DNA from: Candidatus Subterrananammoxibius californiae
GTDB lineage: Bacteria; Planctomycetota; Brocadiia; Brocadiales; Subterrananammoxibiaceae
DNA length: 37,860 nt
Assembly: GCA_030586555.1 (NCBI GenBank)
Contig: JAURAC010000016.1
Span: 1 to 37,860 of the forward strand
Direction of reading: 5' to 3'
Numbering within the stretch: the stretch's first letter is position 1; each line of letters starts with the position of its first letter. Positions 18,746-26,695 of this stretch are shown piece after piece. A program made the position numbers and the translations under genes. Below the pieces are notes generated by a model. It was not told where the DNA came from and made no database searches. It was given only the letters and a program-made list of their open reading frames with translations.

Positions 18746-19930
18746 TTGGTGACCCGCCTTTTTACTAAAAAGTTGGTGAGTTTTATGGACACATTTGTAA
18801 ATAGTAATCGGCTCTTTGTGGCTTTTTTTTGTCTCTCGCTGTTTTTACATTATATCGTGTTTGCTGTTGCGCCAGTTGAAAAGCTTCTTAAGGCAGGGAT
18901 GCCATTATTGTACGATGATTCTGTTAAAGAATCTGATAGTGGGGCGGTCGAATTTGAGTTGGAGGCCCCACCTGAGGTTTTTAACACAAAAGAGAAGCCG
19001 CCGTTACAAGAAAAAAGATTGTCTTTTGTTGATACAAGCGATAGCCCGTTAGATGAGGAGCCTCAAGGAGATACTGATAAGATAGGCGTAAAGGCTGTGG
19101 TAGCCAGGGATGCTTATGAGGGCGAAGAAGAGGTTAATAATCAGCCCCATTCAGAGGGTAATTCAGACGGACTTTTTCTATCAGAAGGTGATTCGTCTTT
19201 TGCTGAGATGCCCACTGAAGGTTTAGAAGGTCAAAATGAACCTGAAGATGTAGGGGTAAAAACTGCCCCTACCCAAATGAACATTAATGAGAAAGAGGAA
19301 GATAAGGAGGGGCTTGAGGATGTGGAAAACCCAACCATGTTAGCACAGCTTAAACCTGAAGCATCTGAAATGAAATCAATTGAAAAACCTTTGGAGCTTG
19401 AAGATGAAGGTGAGGTAGTACCGTTAGTTACACCTTTACAAAAACAGAAGATGAGTCAAGAGTCAGAAGTCGTTAGTCAGGAGTTAAAGGACTCAGAACT
19501 CAAGACGCAAGACCCAAGACTTAAATCCGGTAAGAAGATAAACAGTGTGACAAAGAAAGGCTCACCCGTAATTTATGAGGATACAATCTCTAATGCCCCA
19601 TTTCACGGTGAAGAGTCCTTTAGCGTGCAAAGGCATGAGTATGCCGAGTATTTCCAACATATAAGGGAAAAGATAGGCTGGTATTGGTTTCTATCGTATG
19701 GGCACGACCAATCTATTAAATTGGAAACCAGGAATCGCTTACCAATAATAATTGAATTCAGGATTTTGCCTTCCGGGAGGACAGACGACGTGGAAATAAT
19801 TGACGAAGCGGGTAACCCGCTTCTTGCATCACGAATACAATTGGCAATACAAACTACCCTTCTGAACAAGTTTCCTTCTTACGTAAAGGAGGACTTTATT
19901 GCTGTAAGGTTCAATTTTTATTTCTTTTGA
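18746..19930 (+). CDS. TonB/TolA-like energy transducer (ATG at 18785 plausible)
   Basis: N-terminal TM with SLFLH motif, long acidic linker, TonB-C-like end (Y...I..KI...W, F.ILPSG); precedes exbB/exbD. Confidence 0.75.
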   Translation: MVTRLFTKKLVSFMDTFVNSNRLFVAFFCLSLFLHYIVFAVAPVEKLLKAGMPLLYDDSVKESDSGAVEFELEAPPEVFNTKEKPPLQEKRLSFVDTSDSPLDEEPQGDTDKIGVKAVVARDAYEGEEEVNNQPHSEGNSDGLFLSEGDSSFAEMPTEGLEGQNEPEDVGVKTAPTQMNINEKEEDKEGLEDVENPTMLAQLKPEASEMKSIEKPLELEDEGEVVPLVTPLQKQKMSQESEVVSQELKDSELKTQDPRLKSGKKINSVTKKGSPVIYEDTISNAPFHGEESFSVQRHEYAEYFQHIREKIGWYWFLSYGHDQSIKLETRNRLPIIIEFRILPSGRTDDVEIIDEAGNPLLASRIQLAIQTTLLNKFPSYVKEDFIAVRFNFYFF

Positions 19931-20316
19931 CAAAAGAGGTAAAGAGGCAAAAAGGTAAAAAGGTGAAAAGGCAAAGGTTTGAGGATTTGGAGGTTTGGAA
20001 GAAGTCTTGTCAATTGAGTGTAGAGATATTTAAGGCTTTTAAGCATTGTAAGGATTTTGGGTTTAAAGGTCAGATTGCAAAAGCGAGTTTGTCCTACCCC
20101 TCAAATATTGCCGAAGGTTATGAACGTGGTTCAAATAAGGAGTTTATCCATTTTCTGCATTTTGCAAAGGGCTCTTGTGGCGAGGTAAGGACGCAACTGT
20201 ATATTGCTATTGAAATCGGCTATCTGGAAAGAGAAAAAGGGATCACTCTGATCGAAAAGGCTAAAGAAGTATCTTATATGTTGAATAGTTTGATTCAGAA
20301 ACGCAAGACCTTTTAA
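19927..20316 (+). CDS. Four helix bundle protein (23S rRNA IVP-like family)
   Basis: FEDLEVWKKS, DFGFKGQI.KAS.S.PSNIAEG.ER.S.KEFI.FL..AKGS.GEVRTQLYIA. Confidence 0.92.
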   Translation: MTKEVKRQKGKKVKRQRFEDLEVWKKSCQLSVEIFKAFKHCKDFGFKGQIAKASLSYPSNIAEGYERGSNKEFIHFLHFAKGSCGEVRTQLYIAIEIGYLEREKGITLIEKAKEVSYMLNSLIQKRKTF

Positions 20317-20362
20317 CCTCTTAGCCTCTTAACCTTTTTACCTATATAGGAGGTATAACAAA

Positions 20363-21052
20363 TTGGAATGGATAATGGGCGGTGGCCCAATAATGTACCC
20401 TTTGCTCTTTTGTTCAGTTTTGTCCATTGCTATTATTTTTGAAAGGGCAATAAGTCTAAGGAGAGGCAAGGTTATAAGGTCGGAGATTATCGAGGCAATT
20501 AATTCGATACGTAGTCCCGAAGACGTGCCGCTTGCCTTCTCGAAATGCGAGGTGATTCCTGGACCTTTTTCTAATATCGTTAAACAGGTCCTCTCTCAGG
20601 AGCATTCCACAAGGGAAGAAAAGGTAGCCGAAATACAGGTTACTGGCAAACAGGAAACAAAGCTCTTAGAGAGAAGATTATTTGTGCTTGAAATTATTGC
20701 CGCAGTCTCACCGCTCCTTGGATTGCTTGGAACGATACTCGGTCTTAACGAAATATTTGGCGTTATATCTGTCAAGGGTCTCGGAGAAACCAAGGCGTTC
20801 TCCTACGGTATCTCAGAAGCGTTGAGGACAACAATTTTGGGGCTTTTTGTCGCCATTCCAACGATGGCGGCATACAGTTATTTTGATAAGAAGGTGGGGT
20901 ACTTAGTCCATGAAATGGAAAGGCATTGTACCCTCCTTTTGAATAGATTGTACTCCTTCCAATCCGCTTCCCCAAGAGCATGGCTGGCAGGTAATGAAAG
21001 TCAGAATATTGGAAGTCAGAAGAAGGAAAAGATAACAAGCTTTCGTGGGTAA
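20363..21052 (+). CDS. exbB: MotA/TolQ/ExbB proton channel
   Basis: GGPIMYPL..CS, SPLLGLLGT..G, GISEAL.TT..GL.VAIP. Confidence 0.88.
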   Translation: MEWIMGGGPIMYPLLFCSVLSIAIIFERAISLRRGKVIRSEIIEAINSIRSPEDVPLAFSKCEVIPGPFSNIVKQVLSQEHSTREEKVAEIQVTGKQETKLLERRLFVLEIIAAVSPLLGLLGTILGLNEIFGVISVKGLGETKAFSYGISEALRTTILGLFVAIPTMAAYSYFDKKVGYLVHEMERHCTLLLNRLYSFQSASPRAWLAGNESQNIGSQKKEKITSFRG

Positions 21053-21055
21053 AAT

Positions 21056-21499
21056 ATGGAGTTCAGGGAGAAACGTTCTTTTAAAATAGCCATAAACATA
21101 GCGCCGATGGTTGACATGCTCTTTATGCTGTTAATCTTCTTCATCGTGACGTCAACCTTCGTTGAACAGCCTAATATAAAGCTGGAGCTCCCTACTGCGA
21201 AGCATTCTGAAATGGGTAAGACGGAACAGTTAACGTTGATAATCAGCAGGGAGGGAAAACTTTACTTGCAAAATGAAGCAATTGAACGCAAAGACCTTGA
21301 AATGAAGCTTAAAGATGTTTTCGCTCAAAGACAGGATAAATCACTTGTCTTGAAGGCAGACAAACTGGTACCCTATGGAATAGTAATAGACGTTATGGAT
21401 GCCGCAAAGAGCGTGGGATTAAGGAAAATAATTGCCCCTACAGCGATGGAACAAAAAGAGCCAACTTTCTTGGAAAAGGGTGAACTCAGAAAGAATTAA
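21056..21499 (+). CDS. exbD: Biopolymer transporter ExbD/TolR
   Basis: INIAPMVDMLFMLLIFFIVTS, LKADK.VPYG.V..VMD. Confidence 0.9.
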   Translation: MEFREKRSFKIAINIAPMVDMLFMLLIFFIVTSTFVEQPNIKLELPTAKHSEMGKTEQLTLIISREGKLYLQNEAIERKDLEMKLKDVFAQRQDKSLVLKADKLVPYGIVIDVMDAAKSVGLRKIIAPTAMEQKEPTFLEKGELRKN

Positions 21500-21756
21500 T
21501 GCCAAGAATATCCATGTTTTTCGGGATTGTCATCTACATGTATTACGACGACCACTTTCCTCCTCATTTTCATGGACAATACGGTGGTTCAGAAGCCATG
21601 TTCGATTTTGAAGGAAATTTGATTAAAGGTTTTGTTTCAATGGGAGCCGTAAAATTAATTAAAGAATGGGTTAGTTTACATAAAAATGAATTGGAAGAGA
21701 ATTGGGAAAGAACCAGAAAAAATATGCCATTAAGCTGGATAAAACCTTTAACATAG
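21499..21756 (+). CDS. DUF4160 family protein (putative toxin)
   Basis: MPRISMFFGIVIYMY..DH.PPHFH, W...H..EL..NW. Confidence 0.88.
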   Translation: MPRISMFFGIVIYMYYDDHFPPHFHGQYGGSEAMFDFEGNLIKGFVSMGAVKLIKEWVSLHKNELEENWERTRKNMPLSWIKPLT

Positions 21757-21765
21757 GAGGTTGCT

Positions 21766-22044
21766 ATGGACTTCATTCCACATGTGCTTGAGGCTGAGTA
21801 TGTAAAAGATTATAAAGTAAAACTAAAATTTAATGATGAGATACAAAAAATAGTGGACCTGGAATCTTATGTAGAAAAAGGCGGGATTTTTTCGGAATTA
21901 AAGGATAAAGAATATTTTAAAAAATTTTTTATTGACCTCAACACTTTATGCTGGCCTAACGGCGCAGATATCGCACCGGAACGATTGTACGAGATTGGAG
22001 TACCGCTCGGTAGTTATCAAGAGATATTAACAATTGAAAAGTAA
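21766..22044 (+). CDS. DUF2442 family protein (putative antitoxin)
   Basis: Y...L.F.D...K.VDL, F..LKD..YF, WPNGADIAPE.LY. Confidence 0.88.
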   Translation: MDFIPHVLEAEYVKDYKVKLKFNDEIQKIVDLESYVEKGGIFSELKDKEYFKKFFIDLNTLCWPNGADIAPERLYEIGVPLGSYQEILTIEK

Positions 22045-22068
22045 AATTATTGTTTTCCAGTGTAAAAG

Positions 22069-22545
22069 ATGGATCGGAAAGGAGAGTTAGAAAACGTGCT
22101 TAAAAAGAAATTCGTAAAAGATAAATGCGTTACTTGCAAACAGTGCATGATTGCCTGCGCCGTGCGGCAATCTGTTTCAAAGGACATATATAAGGCATTC
22201 AGTGAAAACCCTGTACCGCAATACAGGATTAAAATAGTTACAAGGAAGGACAAGCCTTATTCAATTGTATGCCAGAACTGCGCAAAGCCCAAGTGTAAGG
22301 AAGCCTGCGAGTATGACGCTATTATCAAATATGAGGATGGCAACGTAGTGATTGACCAGGAGAAATGCGTAGGCTGCTGGGCATGCGTTGATGCCTGTCC
22401 ATTTGGTGCCATATTTAAGGACGAGGTTCGGAGTGTAGCGCTAAATTGTGACGACTGTAGAAAGTATAATGACATGGCATGTGTTGAAGCTTGTAAAACT
22501 GAAGCGCTCATTTACGTAGAACAACTTGCTACAGTTAATAGCTGA
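22069..22545 (+). CDS. 4Fe-4S dicluster ferredoxin-like protein (GTG at 22096 plausible)
   Basis: CxxCxxCxxxC, CxxCxxxxCxxxC, CxxCxxCxxxCP and CxxC...CxxxC. Confidence 0.88.
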   Translation: MDRKGELENVLKKKFVKDKCVTCKQCMIACAVRQSVSKDIYKAFSENPVPQYRIKIVTRKDKPYSIVCQNCAKPKCKEACEYDAIIKYEDGNVVIDQEKCVGCWACVDACPFGAIFKDEVRSVALNCDDCRKYNDMACVEACKTEALIYVEQLATVNS

Positions 22546-22679
22546 TAGCTCATAGCAAAAGATGCCCGCTGTACAATGAGCCATGAATTATGAGTTTAAT
22601 TGAACCCCGCCGCGTAGAGTATACATCTAATATTATGTGGTACTTATGACGATATTGTATCTGGATGTAAATATTCACT

Positions 22680-22745
22680 GTAGGGGCAGACCTATGTGTC
22701 TGCCCTAATAAATCTAAAAGGGCGAACCCATAGGTTCGCCCCTAC
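22680..22745. repeat. Inverted doublet of GTAG-type REP palindromes (REPIN-like)
   Basis: GTAGGGGCAGACCTATGTGTCTGCCCT-spacer-AGGGCGAACCCATAGGTTCGCCCCTAC. Confidence 0.8.
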
Positions 22746-22757
22746 GAGGTAAATAAT

Positions 22758-23660
22758 TTGATCAGGATAAGATTTCACGGAAGGGGCGGGCAGGGCATAA
22801 AGACAGCAAGCAGAATCCTCGGTACCGCTGCCTTCCTCGAAGGATATTATGTACAGGACGCCCCTCTGTACGGCGCCGAAAGGAGGGGTGCGCCAATCGT
22901 TGCATTCACCCGCCTTTGCGAGGAACCCATCCTCGAACGGGGAATCATCTTAAATCCTGACGTAATAATTGTTGCCGATGAGACCTTACTTGATGATCCT
23001 ATGGCACACGTGCTTCAAGGTATTAAAGAAAACGGAATTCTATTTGTAAATACACATATCCAGGCATCTCACATATTCCAGAAATATAGCCTGCCCCCAT
23101 GTGAGGTCGTCGCCCTTGACGTGACGGATGCCACACTAAGGGCTGTTGGTAAGGCAGCTATAAGCGCTGCCGTAGCCGCCTGCGCCTGTAAGATTACAGG
23201 AGTAGTTGGTGAAAAGGCGATGCAGGAGGCTATAAGAAGGGAACTAACCTCTATTGGTCTCAAGGTTGAAACCATTGATAGAAATATCATTGCCGCCTTA
23301 GAATGTTATAATACTACCCCTGAAGTCCATATTGAAACCGAAAGGTTTAGCCCCGTAAACGGACAAAACGTCATTTCTATTCGATACCAGAGGGGCGATA
23401 CTGGAATCCCTGTCATTTATGCCGAAGGAAACACCGTTACCAGAAAGACCGGAAGCTGGAGGCTCTTCAAGCCTTCTATAAATTATGAGACCTGCGTGAG
23501 GTGCAATATCTGTTTTGTTCGCTGCCCCGATGGGTGTATAAGCCTTAACGAAGAAGGTTACCCCGTAATAGAATACACCAATTGCAAGGGTTGTCTTATA
23601 TGTTATGAGGAATGTCCTGCAAAGGCAATCGAGACTAAAAGAGAGGTGAGGTCATGGTAA
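22758..23660 (+). CDS. Pyruvate/2-oxoacid:ferredoxin oxidoreductase, fused gamma+delta subunit
   Basis: IRFHGRGGQG, YGAERRGAP.AF; C-terminal TGSWR..KP and two CxxCxxCxxxCP motifs. Confidence 0.9.
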   Translation: MIRIRFHGRGGQGIKTASRILGTAAFLEGYYVQDAPLYGAERRGAPIVAFTRLCEEPILERGIILNPDVIIVADETLLDDPMAHVLQGIKENGILFVNTHIQASHIFQKYSLPPCEVVALDVTDATLRAVGKAAISAAVAACACKITGVVGEKAMQEAIRRELTSIGLKVETIDRNIIAALECYNTTPEVHIETERFSPVNGQNVISIRYQRGDTGIPVIYAEGNTVTRKTGSWRLFKPSINYETCVRCNICFVRCPDGCISLNEEGYPVIEYTNCKGCLICYEECPAKAIETKREVRSW

Positions 23661-24940
23661 AGGAAATGCTAACGGGAAATGCTGCTGCTGCCTGGGGCGC
23701 AAGGCTTGCAGAGGTGGATTACGTGCCATCCTTTCCCATAACGCCACAAACGGAAATTATAGAAACAATCTCCCACTGGATAAGGAAGGGGGAAATGGCT
23801 GCAAGGTTCGTTATGATGGACTCTGAACACTCTATGCTCACCGCAGCGGGAACTGCGGCAGCTACTGGCGTAAGGGTATTCACGGCGTCCTCAAGTCAGG
23901 GGCTTCTTTACGGTCTTGAGATGCTTTATGCAATTTCAGGGTGGAGGGTACCATTGGTGCTTGTTAATGTGGCACGAGCGCTATCCTCTCCTATAACCCT
24001 TGAGCCAGACCACAATGACGTCCTTGCCGCAAGGGATTCTGGTTTCCTCCAGATACATGCAGAGAACTGCCAGGAAGTATTAGATTCGGTGCTGATGGGA
24101 TACAAGATTTCAGAGGATGAACGGGTGCTATTACCCATTATTGTCAACCTCGACGGTTTTTATCTCTCCTTTACGAGAGAGCCTGTAGAAATACCGGATT
24201 CGAAGCAGGTGAGGCAATTCCTTCCGCCTTTTGAGGCAAAACATACATTCTTTAAGGCATCGAGACCTTTAGCCCAGGGCTCAGCGCTTTTGAGCGGACA
24301 GGGGTATTCGTTCTTCAAATATCAAATGCATCTTGCGGCTTCTAACGGCATTGCTGTTTATAAGGAAGCGGCGAATGATTTTAAGAGGGTTTTTGGGAGA
24401 AGCTATGATACTGTTGAACCATACGAAATGGATGATGCAGAGTACGTCATCGTCATGAGCAATTGCTTCGCAACAAAGGGCAAGGCGGCAGTACACATCA
24501 TGCGGAAAAAGGGATACAAGGTCGGTCTCTTGAAGCTCAGATTAATCAGGCCATTTCCTGTAGCAGATATTATAAAGGCGCTTAGCGGCATTAAGGGTGT
24601 TGCAGTAATAGACCAGAACATTGCCCCGGGAAGCGGCGGCATACTCTATAATGAAATTTGCGGTGCGCTGTATCATCAGCACGAACGGCCAGATGTATTG
24701 CTTTCTTTTATAGGTGGGCTTGGCGGCAAGGATATAAGCCAGGGCGAGTTTGAATACATTGTTGAGACCACTATGGAAAGTGCAAAAACAGGAATCGTAC
24801 CAGAACCAACGCTACTCTTTACCGATGCTGACTGGGAACTGACGCAAGGTTTTATTAATATAGCAGGAAAGACAAAAAAAGCTCTTGGAAAGATACCAGA
24901 AGAACAATTACAAACAATAAATAATAAGGAGGGCTTATAA
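23654..24940 (+). CDS. porA: Pyruvate:ferredoxin oxidoreductase alpha subunit
   Basis: GN.AAA, FPITPQT, SEHS, TASSSQGL, DGFYLS, RPFP, GLGGKD. Confidence 0.9.
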   Translation: MVKEMLTGNAAAAWGARLAEVDYVPSFPITPQTEIIETISHWIRKGEMAARFVMMDSEHSMLTAAGTAAATGVRVFTASSSQGLLYGLEMLYAISGWRVPLVLVNVARALSSPITLEPDHNDVLAARDSGFLQIHAENCQEVLDSVLMGYKISEDERVLLPIIVNLDGFYLSFTREPVEIPDSKQVRQFLPPFEAKHTFFKASRPLAQGSALLSGQGYSFFKYQMHLAASNGIAVYKEAANDFKRVFGRSYDTVEPYEMDDAEYVIVMSNCFATKGKAAVHIMRKKGYKVGLLKLRLIRPFPVADIIKALSGIKGVAVIDQNIAPGSGGILYNEICGALYHQHERPDVLLSFIGGLGGKDISQGEFEYIVETTMESAKTGIVPEPTLLFTDADWELTQGFINIAGKTKKALGKIPEEQLQTINNKEGL

Positions 24941-25165
24941 ATGCCTCAAATAACCCGTATTCCTAAAAAAGAAATTTATTTGAAGCTATTAAAAATGGAA
25001 AAGGAAATAAAAGAATTAAAAGAACTCTTTGAAGGAACCAAAAAAAAGCCTCGTCGGCGTGTTTCACTCAAGGGTTTATGGGGGAATATTAAAATAAGCA
25101 ACCGTGAGATTGAGGAAGCAAAAAGAAGTTTATTTCCTTATGAATATAAGCCCTTAAAGGAATAA
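24941..25165 (+). CDS. Putative antitoxin
   Basis: 74 aa with SLKGLW...I...EIEEAKRSL, directly upstream of a PIN toxin. Confidence 0.65.
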   Translation: MPQITRIPKKEIYLKLLKMEKEIKELKELFEGTKKKPRRRVSLKGLWGNIKISNREIEEAKRSLFPYEYKPLKE

Positions 25166-25173
25166 AACCGTAC

Positions 25174-25560
25174 ATGGACTATGTTACAGATACCGGCTCC
25201 TTAATTTGGTATCTTACTAACGATTCAAAATTAAGTGGAAAGGCTTTTGATGCTTTTGAGAGTTCTGTTATTGAAGGAACAATAGTTGTACCTACAATAG
25301 TGTTAGCTGAGTTATTTTATATTTCCAGAAAGAGAACTATCAAACTGAGTTTTGAAGATACCCTTGAAACCATTGAACAAGGAGAGAATTACTCGATATT
25401 TCCATTGGACAGTAATGTTATAAGAACCACTGCCACGATAGAACAATATCTGGAAATGCATGATAAACTTATAGTAGCAACCGCAAAGTTGTTAGGGCTT
25501 CCTTTAATTACAAATGATACAAAGATTCGTGAATCAAGAATAGTAGATATTGTATGGTAG
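25174..25560 (+). CDS. vapC: VapC-like PIN-domain toxin
   Basis: YVTDT..LIWYL, V.AE, HDKLIVATA, LITND. Confidence 0.85.
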   Translation: MDYVTDTGSLIWYLTNDSKLSGKAFDAFESSVIEGTIVVPTIVLAELFYISRKRTIKLSFEDTLETIEQGENYSIFPLDSNVIRTTATIEQYLEMHDKLIVATAKLLGLPLITNDTKIRESRIVDIVW

Positions 25561-26543
25561 AAAATATGCAAGTCAAAACGTATAAAAATATAAAGGACAT
25601 CTCAAAAGAAGAGTTTATTATGCCAGGAACGGCAATGTGCGCTGGCTGTGGGGGATTACTGGCACTCAGGCTTGCCTACAAAGTGCTCGGCAAGAATGTC
25701 GTCATTGTTAATGCTGCTGGCTGTTTTACCCTGCTATCGTGTTACCCTTATACCCCATTCAAAGCCTCATGGATTTATACGGCAATGGCGTGCGCTCCTG
25801 CAGGCGCTCAAGGGATAAGGGATGCCCTCGACGTACTCATTGAAAAGGGAAGAATATCTAAGGACGAAGATCTCAAGGTAATAGTGCTGACAGGCGATGG
25901 CGCTGCATACGATATTGGGTTGCAATCCACATCAGGAGCAATTCACCGAACCCTTGATTTTTATTACTTCTGTTATGATAACGAGGCATTCGGCAATACC
26001 GGGTTCCAGATGTCAAGCGCATCTCCGTATGGCTCAAAGACCGGTACTACCCTGCCAACGGGAAAGTATCCTGTAGCTACGGAGCAAAAAAAGAAGAATC
26101 TCTTTGAAATCTGGCGGGCGCATAAGCCCCCCTATCTGGCAACAGTTTCTCCTTCCCATCCTGTAGACTTATCCCAGAAGTTCCAGAAGGCGTCTGGGTT
26201 CAAGGGTCCCAAGTTATTCATTGTGCTTTCACCATGTCCGCCGGGGTGGGGATATGGGGCGTCGAGGTCTGCCCGTATTGCAAAATTAGCCGTTGAGTGT
26301 GGTATCTGGCCGCTAAAGGAGGCTATTTACGGCGAACTCAAACATACTTACATTCCAAAGTTTAAGCCTGTTGAGGAATATTTAGCCCTTCAGGGCAGAT
26401 ACGACCACCTCTTCAAACCCATGAAGCAGGATAAGATTATCAGGCAGATTCAGGAGGACGTAAACCAGTACTGGAAGCCGTACGTTGACACATCTCATCA
26501 TAAGGACTTCGGCTCATCAGAACCGACAACTGTTTCGTTTTGA
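25554..26543 (+). CDS. porB: Pyruvate:ferredoxin oxidoreductase beta (TPP-binding) subunit
   Basis: CAGCG, GC, GDG...DIG..., DNEAFGNTG.Q.S, PCP.GW. Confidence 0.9.
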   Translation: MVENMQVKTYKNIKDISKEEFIMPGTAMCAGCGGLLALRLAYKVLGKNVVIVNAAGCFTLLSCYPYTPFKASWIYTAMACAPAGAQGIRDALDVLIEKGRISKDEDLKVIVLTGDGAAYDIGLQSTSGAIHRTLDFYYFCYDNEAFGNTGFQMSSASPYGSKTGTTLPTGKYPVATEQKKKNLFEIWRAHKPPYLATVSPSHPVDLSQKFQKASGFKGPKLFIVLSPCPPGWGYGASRSARIAKLAVECGIWPLKEAIYGELKHTYIPKFKPVEEYLALQGRYDHLFKPMKQDKIIRQIQEDVNQYWKPYVDTSHHKDFGSSEPTTVSF

Positions 26544-26604
26544 GTTGGAGATTAACAAGCTAAGAGTAATCACCCTTTAAACTTCCCTTTTATCCCCTTT
26601 TTTA

Positions 26605-26633
26605 TTGACAGTTATTCCTTAATGAGTTAAGAT
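26605..26633 (+). promoter_or_regulatory. Sigma70-type promoter of the Cas12-like gene
   Basis: TTGACA-17 nt-TAAGAT, about 60 nt upstream of the ATG at 26696. Confidence 0.7.
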
Positions 26634-26695
26634 TCTATATCTTATAAATACGAAGCCTAAGTTGTGTTGAATTGATTTTATATGAGATTAACAGC

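Noticed and set aside
26548..26693. 10-bp direct repeat GAGATTAACA at 26548 and 26684
   Set aside because: It does not flank the whole locus, and a short AT-rich match is compatible with chance
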